Below are positions 18,245 through 27,078 of a DNA stretch of 64,000 nt, piece by piece. Positions within the stretch are counted from its first letter, which is position 1. Each line of letters opens with the position of its first letter. The stretch lies in the NCBI GenBank assembly GCA_900319865.1, contig ONQD01000009.1:10590-74589 (forward strand), written 5' to 3'. Under the pieces are notes generated by a model. It was not told the origin of the DNA, made no database searches, and saw only the letters and a list, made by a program, of their open reading frames with translations. Origin of the DNA: an uncultured Bacteroidales bacterium (GTDB taxonomy: Bacteria > Bacteroidota > Bacteroidia > Bacteroidales > P3). Made by a program: the position numbers and the translations under genes.

Positions 18245-18542
18245 ATCTGTTGTTATTTACAAGTACAAAAGTACGAAGAATTATCGGATTGGCAAAATAC
18301 TTTTTGTATCTATATTGTGCTTCCGTCGGCAGAGAGGCAAATGAATTATATTGTGTCGTCCGGGAACAAATCGTGCAACATAAAGAGCCATCCGCCAGGG
18401 AGGTGTGGCTCCCTAGTTGGATGGTTTATCTGCTTGGAAAGAATACTGCTGAATCCTTTAATGGGCAAAAAGGACCGGTATCCCAGACCGATAGTCCAGC
18501 AGGCCAGTCGCTGCCGCTCGTCTACAATATCGATACAGCGGC

Positions 18543-18926
18543 CTATTGCTCAGACTCTTTCTGGGCGTATCGCTCGCGGTCACTCACTATATCGTGCAGA
18601 TTGTCGTATGCCCAATCCAGCAACTGCCGCATCACGGGCATGAAACTTTGCCCCCTCTCCGTGAGTGCATACTCCACCCGCGGCGGCATCTCTGGGTACA
18701 CCGTCCGGCTCACAAGCCCGTCCGCCTCCAGTCCCCTCAGGGTGGAGGTGAGCATCTTCTGCGAGATGTCGGGATTGGCCTTCTCTATCTCCTTAAAACG
18801 CATTGGCTCCCCGCTCCCGTTCAGGGTATACAGCACCGCCAACGCCCACTTGCCGCTGATGCGCGACAGCACGTTCCGTATGGGGCATTCCGGAAATATG
18901 GGATCTTTTATAAATACCTTTGACAT
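18543..18926 (-). CDS. HxlR-family winged-helix transcriptional regulator
   Basis: CPIRNVLSRISGKWALAVLYTL...MRFKEIEKANPDISQKMLTSTLRGLEADGLVSRTVYPEMPPRVEYALTERG. Confidence 0.85.
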   Translation of the reverse strand: MSKVFIKDPIFPECPIRNVLSRISGKWALAVLYTLNGSGEPMRFKEIEKANPDISQKMLTSTLRGLEADGLVSRTVYPEMPPRVEYALTERGQSFMPVMRQLLDWAYDNLHDIVSDRERYAQKESEQ

Positions 18927-18952
18927 ATCTCTTTTCTTTTATTCATCTATAT

Positions 18953-19819
18953 TCATTCATCCTTCACTTCATCCTCGCCCAGGGCGGCCAACACTGTCGG
19001 TATATCCTCGGTGAACGCCACAAAGCGCTCCACCCCTTCATAATACAGTTCCGGGTGCTCGAGGTTAAACCGCACCAGCGTGGTGTGCGGAAACTGCTGT
19101 GCCATCTGCTCGAAAGGCAGCCGGATAATGCCCGGGGTGTTGTATCCGATACCAAATTCCCACAACAGCAGCCTCTTCTGCGACCATTTCTTCACAAAAT
19201 CGGTATATCGCTTGGCCTGCCGGTGCCAGTGGTAGTCCTCCACAAAGGTTTCATCCACTCGCAAATTCATTGCTGCCGGCTGCCCGTCGGGCATACGGGG
19301 AATCATCTCGGTGGGTATACGGCAGTCGGCTATGGCAGGCAACGCCTTCATCACCCATTCGCGGTTGTTCATCAACGTCTTGGGACTGCCGCTGGCCGGC
19401 TGAAACATGCAGTAGTCGCCCTGTGTGGCAAACACCCGCCCGGTGTCGAATCCCGACAACTCGAACTGCGCGTCCACGTTGGTGGTAACCACAAAATACT
19501 CTTTCCCCTCCAGCACTTTACGCAGCTGTCCGTACAAAGGGGTACCCTCTTGGCGGTAGCGGCAAAACCAAATATGCTTTGCCCAATAGGCCCATCGCTC
19601 CTCTTCGCTTTCAAATGGATAGAACCCCGAGGTATAGAGGTCGGTAAACCCGTATCGCTCAATCCATGGGCCGAACTCCCGCTCAAAGTCCTCACCGTCA
19701 TAGCGCAAACCCGCAGCAGTCGAAAGTCCTGCCCCTGCGCCCACCACTATGGCATCCGCCTCGGCAAAACTGCGTTTCAACGCCTCAACCCTTTCCGAAA
19801 ATGGCTCGGTATGCATCAT
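18953..19819 (-). CDS. Sir2-family protein, macrodomain-linked (class M / SirTM-like)
   Basis: VVGAGAGLSTAAGL and TTNVDAQF NAD-binding motifs are present. QG (FATQGDY) stands where sirtuins have the catalytic HG, and there is no CxxC zinc ribbon. The start overlaps the macrodomain gene by 35 nt. Confidence 0.75.
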   Translation of the reverse strand: MMHTEPFSERVEALKRSFAEADAIVVGAGAGLSTAAGLRYDGEDFEREFGPWIERYGFTDLYTSGFYPFESEEERWAYWAKHIWFCRYRQEGTPLYGQLRKVLEGKEYFVVTTNVDAQFELSGFDTGRVFATQGDYCMFQPASGSPKTLMNNREWVMKALPAIADCRIPTEMIPRMPDGQPAAMNLRVDETFVEDYHWHRQAKRYTDFVKKWSQKRLLLWEFGIGYNTPGIIRLPFEQMAQQFPHTTLVRFNLEHPELYYEGVERFVAFTEDIPTVLAALGEDEVKDE

Positions 19820-20573
19820 AGTCTATATCTTTATATACATTGAAAACCACCGTTTTAAAACTCGTATTTCTCCTGTATCCCTCCATATACTGCCTCACCG
19901 TGTCCACCGCAATCCGTGCTGCACGCCGGTTGGGAAACCGGTACTCGCCCGTCGATATGCAGCAAAACACAATGTCGGTCAACCCTTTCTCGTCGGCCAA
20001 CGACAGGCAGCTCCTGTAACTCGACGCCAACTGCCGCTCCTGCTCGGCCGTAGGCACCCCGTTGGGGATAATGGGACCCACGGTATGGACTACGTGGCGT
20101 GACGGCAGGTTGTAGCCCCCAGTGATGCGCGCCGAGCCTGTGGGCTCGTCGCCCTCCACCATGCGGGCACATTCCAGCCGCAACTGTATGCCCGCCGCCG
20201 AGTGTATGGCGTTGTCGATGCAGCGGTGCAACGGAACAAAGCATCCCAGCATCTGGCTGTTGGCGGCATTCACTATGGCGTCGGCATGCACACGGGTAAT
20301 ATCGCCCTGCCACAGCCGAAACGTGTACAGCTCCGATTGCATCACCGTTTCCATCTCCTCCAATTCCACAATGCCCTTGTCCTCCAGCTGCCACGCCAAC
20401 TCTCTGTCCTGACAGCGCAGCCACTCGTCTGTCGCCGGCCAAGGCGGACGGATGTTCATCAACGCACGCAGCAAGGCCTGCTTCTCCTCCAACGTCCCGG
20501 GCAGAGCCATCTCGCGCTGCTGCTCACGCAGCAATCCGCCTATCAAATAGTCTATATTCTCTATTCTGTCCAT
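19785..20573 (-). CDS. Macrodomain protein-ADP-ribose hydrolase
   Basis: VHADAIVNAANSQMLGC and CCISTGEYRFP macro motifs with an N-terminal helical extension. Start set at MDRIENIDYL (20573). The ORF-track TTG start at 20741 lies in a C-rich spacer. Confidence 0.8.
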   Translation of the reverse strand: MDRIENIDYLIGGLLREQQREMALPGTLEEKQALLRALMNIRPPWPATDEWLRCQDRELAWQLEDKGIVELEEMETVMQSELYTFRLWQGDITRVHADAIVNAANSQMLGCFVPLHRCIDNAIHSAAGIQLRLECARMVEGDEPTGSARITGGYNLPSRHVVHTVGPIIPNGVPTAEQERQLASSYRSCLSLADEKGLTDIVFCCISTGEYRFPNRRAARIAVDTVRQYMEGYRRNTSFKTVVFNVYKDIDYDAYRAIFGKG

Positions 20574-20582
20574 TTCAATTTG

Positions 20583-20590
20583 CAAAGATA
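20583..20590 (-). promoter_or_regulatory. -7 box TAtcTTTG about 10 nt upstream of the macrodomain ATG
   Basis: Exact TAnnTTTG on the minus strand. It implies a very short or absent leader. Confidence 0.5.
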
Positions 20591-20914
20591 CAAATAATTC
20601 CGCATTTCTCTCACGCTCCACATTGCCCAACCACCCGTCAAACCCTCCAAACCCCTCCCCTTCAGCCCATTGGCAAATCCGCCACAGGCACCTCCCCACA
20701 CCGTTCAACAACCCATCCGCTCTCGGGCTCGCGTCGGCCAATCATCCTTTCAGCCTCCACCCAGCCTCCCCGAACCCACACCGAACCTACACCGAACCTT
20801 CCCTACACCTTCAGCCCCTATTCATTCCTTAACTACATTTTGTTTACCGGTGCGGTGAACAGAAGTTTAAGAAGGGGTGACTAAGGGCTGAAGAAGAAGC
20901 GAAGCCGGAAGCGA

Positions 20915-21367
20915 CTACCATCGCAGCGGGTCGGGCAGTATATTGCCGTCGGTCATAGGGCTGTCGGCATCGGTGAAGGAGGCTGATTTGTACTGGATGC
21001 AAAGCATGGTGAGGTTGTCCTTGCCGGTGTTTTTCAGTGCGCGGCGGCCGTCGGGACTGACACGCACCACGGTGCCTTCGGCCACGGGGAACTGCTCGCC
21101 GTCGACCTGGTAGGTGCCCTCACCGCGAAGGATGATGTAAAGCTCTTCGTGGGTTTTGTGGGTGTGGAGGAAACCGCTGTCCTGCCCGGGCACGAGGGTT
21201 TGGAACGAGAGTTCGCTGCCGGTGGTGCCGACAGCCTGACCCACGAACACTTTACCCTTAATGACATTGGGACCCATGGGGAGCTCGTGCTCGATAATCT
21301 GGTTGATGTTTCCCACGCTGACTGCAGCGTAGTTCTTGCCTTGTTTGATTGTTTCAATTGTTTTCAT
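20915..21367 (-). CDS. Cupin-domain protein
   Basis: 150 aa. GFLHTHKTHEELYIILRGEGTYQVDGEQFPVAEGTVVRVSPDGRRAL is a cupin_2 fold motif. Confidence 0.75.
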   Translation of the reverse strand: MKTIETIKQGKNYAAVSVGNINQIIEHELPMGPNVIKGKVFVGQAVGTTGSELSFQTLVPGQDSGFLHTHKTHEELYIILRGEGTYQVDGEQFPVAEGTVVRVSPDGRRALKNTGKDNLTMLCIQYKSASFTDADSPMTDGNILPDPLRW

Positions 21368-21393
21368 TGTATTAATTGTTTTGAAATTTGATG

Positions 21394-21401
21394 CAAAGGT
21401 A
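21394..21401 (-). promoter_or_regulatory. -7 box TAccTTTG upstream of the cupin gene
   Basis: Exact match 27 nt upstream of the ATG at 21367. Confidence 0.5.
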
Positions 21402-21743
21402 CAAACAAAAAATCACAGCCAGACCTACTTTCACGGGGGTACGATAGTTACCCGAAGGTAAGTAACGGTGATTTAGCGAGTAATTGCAAAAACACTTTTA
21501 TGATTATTTAACTTTGGGTGCGACCGGAAAGCGATGAAAAGACCCTGTTGGGGCAGAGCCTGAATGCGGAAAAAGAGTGTTACGGAAGTGGTGAAACGGG
21601 GTTGGAAAGAGGACCACGGACAAGGGTTGGGGCGATGCGGACCAAAGAAACGGGAGGAGATGGAAAATGGTGTTCCACAACTTGATACAGCATGCGGCGG
21701 GAAAGAGTGGAGGGAAGAAATGCAATAAGTCGATTTTTCTTTG

Positions 21744-21751
21744 TATTTTTG
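21744..21751 (+). promoter_or_regulatory. -7 box TAttTTTG upstream of the riboswitch
   Basis: Exact TAnnTTTG just 5' of the riboswitch core. Confidence 0.5.
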
Positions 21752-21759
21752 CATCCGGT

Positions 21760-21930
21760 TTGGTCACCGCAAAGGTGCTAAGAGGGAATGCCGTGAAAGT
21801 CGGCAACAGTCCCGCTGCTGTAAGTTCAAACACACGGCAACCGTCGAGAAAAGCCACTGTGCGCCCCGATGCGACACGGGAAGGCGAGGAAGCCAAAGAA
21901 CAAGTCAGAAGACCTGTAAGCCAAGATTTA
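21760..21930 (+). promoter_or_regulatory. Cobalamin (B12) riboswitch
   Basis: GGTGCTAAGAGGGAATGCCGTGAAAGTCGGCAACAGTCCCGCTGCTGT ... GCCACTGTGCG ... AAGTCAGAAGACCTGTAAGCC carries the conserved GGGAA / GTGAAA / GTCCCGC / GCCACTG core and B12-box. It ends about 30 nt before the receptor ATG. Confidence 0.85.
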
Positions 21931-21958
21931 AACGGCCTCGAGGAATGGCACGAAAACA

Positions 21959-23998
21959 ATGAGAAGACTGAAAGAAATAATAGTAGGGAGCATACTGGCT
22001 TGTGCGATTGTGCCGCAAAGTGCTGCACAGGACACGGTGCGCAAGGCCATTATGCTGCCGGAGGTGCAGATAATACAGCTGAACACCCACCCCGAAGGCA
22101 CCCTGACCCAGACACCCACCCAGGTGGCCACAGCCGAGAAAATAGAGCGGCTGGGCGACGCGCAGCTGAGCGACGTGCTGCGGCGCATGGTGGGGGTGAC
22201 GTTGAAGGACTATGGTGGCATCGGGGGCATAAAGACAGTGTCGGCCAGGGGGTTGGGCAGCCAGTTCAGCACCTTGACCATAGACGGTGTGGCAGTGACC
22301 GACTGCCAGAACGGACAGGTGGACCTGGGGCGCTACCTGCTGGGCAACAGCAGTTACATCTCGATGTCGAACGGACAGGTGGACAACACACTGGGGTCGG
22401 CCCGGGCCTATTCGGCGGGCAGCATTATCAACATGGAGACACACGAACCCGAGTTCGGGGCACGCCCCTATAACTTGAAGATAGGCGGCGAGGCAGGGTC
22501 GTTCTGGTTGCTGTCGCCCACCCTCTCGGTGGAGCGGCAACTGGGGCAGCGGCTCTCGGTCTCGGCATGGGCCAACTACCTGCACACCAAAGGGGACTAT
22601 CCTTTCACCCTTTTCTATAGGCCGGGGCAGACAGGCAACACCACACGCGAACGGAGGCAGAACTCGCAAGTGGACCTTGCCACTGCCGACGCGAACCTCT
22701 TTTACAGGATGGACAGCCGCAACCGACTGCATGTGAAGGTGCACTATATGCAGGGCTACCATGCTCTGCCCGGACCTGTGATATACTATTCGAGGCTGGG
22801 GACGGAGCACAGCCAAGAACAGTTGTTCTTTGCCCAGGCGCGCCACCGGCACACGGGGAGGAACTGGGATTGGCAGCTGCTGGGGAAACACCAACGCAGT
22901 AAAGACATATACGAGGACACCGCCGCGATGAATGTGGGATTGGTGCATAATGAATACAACCAGAGCGAGTCGTACCTGTCGCAAAGTGTGCGATACCACA
23001 CCGGAGCCGAGGGGAAAGACTATTTCAGCCTTACGCTGTCGGTCGACGAGGCGGTGAACAACCTGATGAGCAATCTGGACAACCACAACCAGGTGGAGCG
23101 GCTGTCGGCGCTGGGGGTAGTGTCGGCGGAATATGTGGCACACAAGGCGAAGAGCCTGAAGGGTATGCGCATTAGCGGACACCTACTGGGCACCTGGATA
23201 CGCGACTACGAACCACAGACAGTGTCGGAACCCTATGCCCGGCTGTCGCCTTATGCGGGCGTGACCTGGCCGATGGGCAATTTCACACTGAGGTACTTCT
23301 ATAAAGAGCATTTCCGTGTGCCGAACTTTAACGAGCTGTACTACTACACCATAGGGCACGACCTGCGACCCGAGAGGGCGCGGCAGCACAATCTGGGTGT
23401 GACCTACCGGAGCCGGCCGATACAGAAAAAGGAACTGGTGGGAGCCGGGACCGCCACCGTAGACTTGTACTACAACCGAGTGAACGACAAGATAGTGGCC
23501 ATACCGATGCAGAACATGTACCTGTGGTCGATGATGAACATGGGGAAAGTGGAGATTGAGGGAGTGGACGTGACGGTGAACGGGTGTATCGAGAACCGCG
23601 ATATACCGCGCTGGAGGATAGACCTGAGTGTGGGATACTCGTTCCAATATGCCGTAGACCGCACCGACACAGAAAGCAAGACCTACGGGCATCAAATACC
23701 CTACACACCGCGACACAGCGGCAACATCACCCTTACCGCCACCACGCCCTGGGTGGATGTGGGATATTCGGCCATGATGGTGGGGCAGCGATATGCGCTG
23801 CAACAGAACACGTCGGCCAACCGGGTGGCAGGCTATACGGACCACGGGATATCGGTGAGCCGGGAATTTGACCTCGGAGAGAGCACCATACGGGTGAAAG
23901 CCCAGGTGCTGAATATATTCAACAAGCAATATGAGGTGGTGAAAAGCTACCCCATGATGGGGCGGAACTACCGCATCGGCATCGTGTGGCAGCTTTAG
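21959..23998 (+). CDS. btuB: TonB-dependent cobalamin receptor (BtuB-like)
   Basis: 679 aa with a signal peptide, a plug domain (LKDYGGIGGIKTVSARGLGSQFSTLTIDGV) and a terminal aromatic residue. Function inferred from the riboswitch directly upstream. Confidence 0.8.
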   Translation: MRRLKEIIVGSILACAIVPQSAAQDTVRKAIMLPEVQIIQLNTHPEGTLTQTPTQVATAEKIERLGDAQLSDVLRRMVGVTLKDYGGIGGIKTVSARGLGSQFSTLTIDGVAVTDCQNGQVDLGRYLLGNSSYISMSNGQVDNTLGSARAYSAGSIINMETHEPEFGARPYNLKIGGEAGSFWLLSPTLSVERQLGQRLSVSAWANYLHTKGDYPFTLFYRPGQTGNTTRERRQNSQVDLATADANLFYRMDSRNRLHVKVHYMQGYHALPGPVIYYSRLGTEHSQEQLFFAQARHRHTGRNWDWQLLGKHQRSKDIYEDTAAMNVGLVHNEYNQSESYLSQSVRYHTGAEGKDYFSLTLSVDEAVNNLMSNLDNHNQVERLSALGVVSAEYVAHKAKSLKGMRISGHLLGTWIRDYEPQTVSEPYARLSPYAGVTWPMGNFTLRYFYKEHFRVPNFNELYYYTIGHDLRPERARQHNLGVTYRSRPIQKKELVGAGTATVDLYYNRVNDKIVAIPMQNMYLWSMMNMGKVEIEGVDVTVNGCIENRDIPRWRIDLSVGYSFQYAVDRTDTESKTYGHQIPYTPRHSGNITLTATTPWVDVGYSAMMVGQRYALQQNTSANRVAGYTDHGISVSREFDLGESTIRVKAQVLNIFNKQYEVVKSYPMMGRNYRIGIVWQL

Positions 23999-24033
23999 GA
24001 ATTATTGAAAACGAACAAAAAAGATAAAGAAAC

Positions 24034-25104
24034 ATGAGAAAAAAGAACTCCATTTTAGGCTTTGCGCTGGTGCTGACACTGTTGGTAGTGGCGGAAGGCT
24101 GCACAAAACCCGCCCCCGAAGGGCCTACTACCACAGATGTGAACAACAAAATATACCTGCTGAGCGAAGGCTTGTGGGGAGGCAATAACGCAGAAATCAG
24201 TCTGTTGGACCGCAACAGCGAGAATGTGGTGGCTGACTGGTTCGGGAGTAACAACCAACGCGGACTGGGCGATTTGGCACAAGACATGATACATTATGGA
24301 AACAAACTGTATGTCACGGTGTTCACCTCGAATGTGCTGGAAGTGATAGACCCGGAAACAGGAATCAGCATAAGGCAGATAGATTTCGGACATGCGGGAC
24401 CGAGATATCTGGCGGGGCACGAAGGCAAGGTGTATGTGTCGTGCTACGATAAAACCATAGCGCGGATTGACACCGCCACACTGGAAATAGAGAGCAAATG
24501 CAACCTGAGCGGACTGCAGCCTGAACAGCTGTGCGTGGTAGGGAACAAGCTGTATGTGTGCAACAGCTGGCAGCGGACGGCAACGGGCGGTTCGGTGTTT
24601 GACAGCACGTTGTCGGTGGTGGACCTTGGTAGCTTTACCGAGACGGGGAAAATAACCGTGGGGCTGAACCCGGGAAGAATCAAAGCCCTGCCCAACAACA
24701 GAGTGATTGTGGCCTGTGGGGGCGACTATGGGGAGAATGAGGCCAAAACCGTGGTGGTCAACACCATGGACAACAGCATGGAGACACTGGCTGTGGCAGC
24801 CACAAATTTCGACGTGAAGGGCAACGATATCTATATGTATGCCACCACATACGATGCCGGAGGGAACGCGAGAGCGGTTTTCTATCATGCCGATGCAAAT
24901 ACGCTGCAAACAGAAGAAATATTGAAAGAACACACGGCGAAACTCAACAACACCTACGGACTGAACATAGACCCAAAGACAGGGAACCTGTACATTTGCA
25001 ACAGCATATATAATGCCAACGCCGATGTATACACACTAAAACCGGACGGCACGCTGGTGCGGAAAGTGGAAGGTGGGATATTCTCGTCGAAAGTAGTGTT
25101 TTAA
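24034..25104 (+). CDS. Surface lipoprotein, beta-propeller (BtuG-like / YncE-like)
   Basis: Lipobox LLVVAEGC. Repeated blade-like segments (KLYVTVFTSNVLEVIDPETG, KVYVSCYDKTIARIDTATLE, KLYVCNSW, NLYICNS). Its position immediately after btuB matches Bacteroides B12 loci. Confidence 0.55.
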   Translation: MRKKNSILGFALVLTLLVVAEGCTKPAPEGPTTTDVNNKIYLLSEGLWGGNNAEISLLDRNSENVVADWFGSNNQRGLGDLAQDMIHYGNKLYVTVFTSNVLEVIDPETGISIRQIDFGHAGPRYLAGHEGKVYVSCYDKTIARIDTATLEIESKCNLSGLQPEQLCVVGNKLYVCNSWQRTATGGSVFDSTLSVVDLGSFTETGKITVGLNPGRIKALPNNRVIVACGGDYGENEAKTVVVNTMDNSMETLAVAATNFDVKGNDIYMYATTYDAGGNARAVFYHADANTLQTEEILKEHTAKLNNTYGLNIDPKTGNLYICNSIYNANADVYTLKPDGTLVRKVEGGIFSSKVVF

Positions 25105-25211
25105 GAAAAAGCCGGAACAGAGAGGGGAAGATGCATTGTTTTCCAAAAGCGATGCAGCAGAAGAAATAAATATATTTATTAGAAGTTTCTTTTTAATTAA
25201 AAAAAAAGTTG

Positions 25212-25219
25212 TATTTTTG
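25212..25219 (+). promoter_or_regulatory. -7 box TAttTTTG upstream of the beta-barrel pair
   Basis: Exact TAnnTTTG 78 nt upstream of the ATG at 25297, preceded by an A9 run. Confidence 0.45.
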
Positions 25220-25296
25220 CATGTTCAAACCCATGGGCAAAAACATGGGGATGGACATGCAAATATATTTTGAAACAATACAACAATACATTATAA

Positions 25297-26142
25297 ATGA
25301 AAAAAATAGCGCTTACTTTAGCCCTGATTGCATTTGCATTTGCAGCCAATGCACAGTTAACCATCAGTGCCAATATTGGCGGCAACATGACTTCTGGAAC
25401 CGTAGTCACAAACACCCACATCACAGTGGTGACCGACTCGTCAGTAACCCGAACCGATACCATGGAAAACCGGATGGACCTCACATTCGGAATGAAAATC
25501 GGATACAAATTTGGCAAAGCCCAAGTGGGTGTGGCCGGTAGTTACGGAATGTATACCATCAAGAACCAGCCGCTGGATTTGACGCTGGTGCCTGTGGTGA
25601 GCACACATATGCCGGGATGGGCATATACGGGAAAGATGAGCACAAAAGGCTCTTCGTTTATGGTGGCGCCCTATTTCCGCTATGATGTACTCACGGCGGG
25701 CGACGTTGCACTGTTTGTTGAACTGGACCTTTTCTACTCGAAAGTGATGAACCCCAAGATGTCGGCCGAGGTGCGCAACTGGAACATTGCAATGCCAGCA
25801 ATAGCTATGACCGATACGTGTAATAACCGAGTAGTGCCCCGCAGCACAACATCGATGGGAGCACGTGTGCTGCCCGGTTTGAGCTGGCAGTTGAGCAACC
25901 ACTGCGGCATTGACCTGTATCTGGATTTCCTCTCGCTGGCATACTACACTTCCACCAATGTGTTCACAACGATGAATTATGGTTTTCACATCTCACCCGA
26001 TCAGCAAGTCACATACGACGTTACCGCTACCGAGACTATCACAAAAACGACGGAGTATGGCGGAGGGCTGACCGGAACGCCGCTGCTGACCGATATAGGT
26101 GTGAACAACTGGGTGAGAGTAGGGTTTAATTTAACATTCTAA
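25297..26142 (+). CDS. Outer-membrane beta-barrel protein, paralog 1
   Basis: Signal peptide ending ANAQ, alternating beta pattern, C-terminal NWVRVGFNLTF. Confidence 0.65.
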   Translation: MKKIALTLALIAFAFAANAQLTISANIGGNMTSGTVVTNTHITVVTDSSVTRTDTMENRMDLTFGMKIGYKFGKAQVGVAGSYGMYTIKNQPLDLTLVPVVSTHMPGWAYTGKMSTKGSSFMVAPYFRYDVLTAGDVALFVELDLFYSKVMNPKMSAEVRNWNIAMPAIAMTDTCNNRVVPRSTTSMGARVLPGLSWQLSNHCGIDLYLDFLSLAYYTSTNVFTTMNYGFHISPDQQVTYDVTATETITKTTEYGGGLTGTPLLTDIGVNNWVRVGFNLTF

Positions 26143-26153
26143 GAGTGTAAACC

Positions 26154-27017
26154 ATGAAAAAGATACTAATTGCCATAGCCTTGGTGGCTGCGACCACAAT
26201 CGCAAACGCGCAGTTTGTGGTGAGCCTGCAGCTGAGCGGGGCATATAATTCGGGCACAACCGAAAACCATTCTACATTTACGGGAATCAGCAGATTGACC
26301 GGTGCAGACACTACCTACAACTTTGGTGACACGACAACACATATACCTTCAATGGATATTACCGGAGGGTTCAAGTTTGGATACCAATTTGTACGTACGC
26401 AGGTGGGTATTGCCGGTTATTTCGGGATGAACAGAGTTAAGGGAGAAGAGACTATTAGAGAGTTTTACGACTTACATCCCGAGTCGATCCAGGCACGATG
26501 GAATTTGAATGTAGAAGATTGCCAGAGCGAATATACAGAGCAACGGATGCACTTCACCATAGCCCCTTATGTGCGACATGAGTTAATACAATTTGGCGAT
26601 GTGGCTTTGTTTGCTGAACTGAACGGTTATTTCACCAAGGTGCTGCAACCGCTGAGACACGACTTTCTGGATTGGTATAACCATGAGATGCACTACACCA
26701 TCGATACATCATTCCGAATCACTAACTCGTCGGTGTCTATCGGTGCGAAAATCACCCCCGGTATGAGCTGGCAGCTTTCGAAACACTGCTCGCTCGACCT
26801 GTATCTGGACATACTTGCCATTGCATACGACAATACAAAAACAACTGATATTGTGGTCGATGACTTGTATGATGAAACCGCCAGCCCCCGCATTCTAGCA
26901 CGCCGCACCACCACTACCACAGTGACTACGACAAACGAAATGGGGTTCAACGTGAAGGGTTCACCTCTGCTGAACAACAAGAACTGGGTAAGAGTAGGAT
27001 TCAACTACACGTTCTAA
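26154..27017 (+). CDS. Outer-membrane beta-barrel protein, paralog 2
   Basis: Signal peptide ending ANAQ. Shares GDVALFxEL, PGxSWQLSxHC, DLYLDxLxxAY and NWVRVGFNYTF with paralog 1. The gap between the two genes is 11 nt. Confidence 0.65.
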   Translation: MKKILIAIALVAATTIANAQFVVSLQLSGAYNSGTTENHSTFTGISRLTGADTTYNFGDTTTHIPSMDITGGFKFGYQFVRTQVGIAGYFGMNRVKGEETIREFYDLHPESIQARWNLNVEDCQSEYTEQRMHFTIAPYVRHELIQFGDVALFAELNGYFTKVLQPLRHDFLDWYNHEMHYTIDTSFRITNSSVSIGAKITPGMSWQLSKHCSLDLYLDILAIAYDNTKTTDIVVDDLYDETASPRILARRTTTTTVTTTNEMGFNVKGSPLLNNKNWVRVGFNYTF

Positions 27018-27078
27018 CATCTTGTCCGGCAGAAGAAGCCGGGAGCGACTATGCACTTTTTTGATAACTAATGCATAG

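Noticed and set aside
18169-19843. 281-aa and 307-aa plus-strand ORFs antisense to the HxlR and Sir2 genes
   Set aside because: The minus-strand products carry clear family motifs. The plus-strand translations do not.
20574-20741. TTG-initiated 56-aa extension of the macrodomain ORF
   Set aside because: It lies in the C-rich spacer and is G/W/E-rich nonsense. A TAtcTTTG promoter box sits inside it, immediately upstream of the internal ATG.
21905-23929. 425-aa and 248-aa minus-strand ORFs antisense to the BtuB-like receptor
   Set aside because: These are shadow ORFs of a GC-rich-third-position gene. The translations are H/R/P/V-rich and the 5' end would run through the riboswitch.
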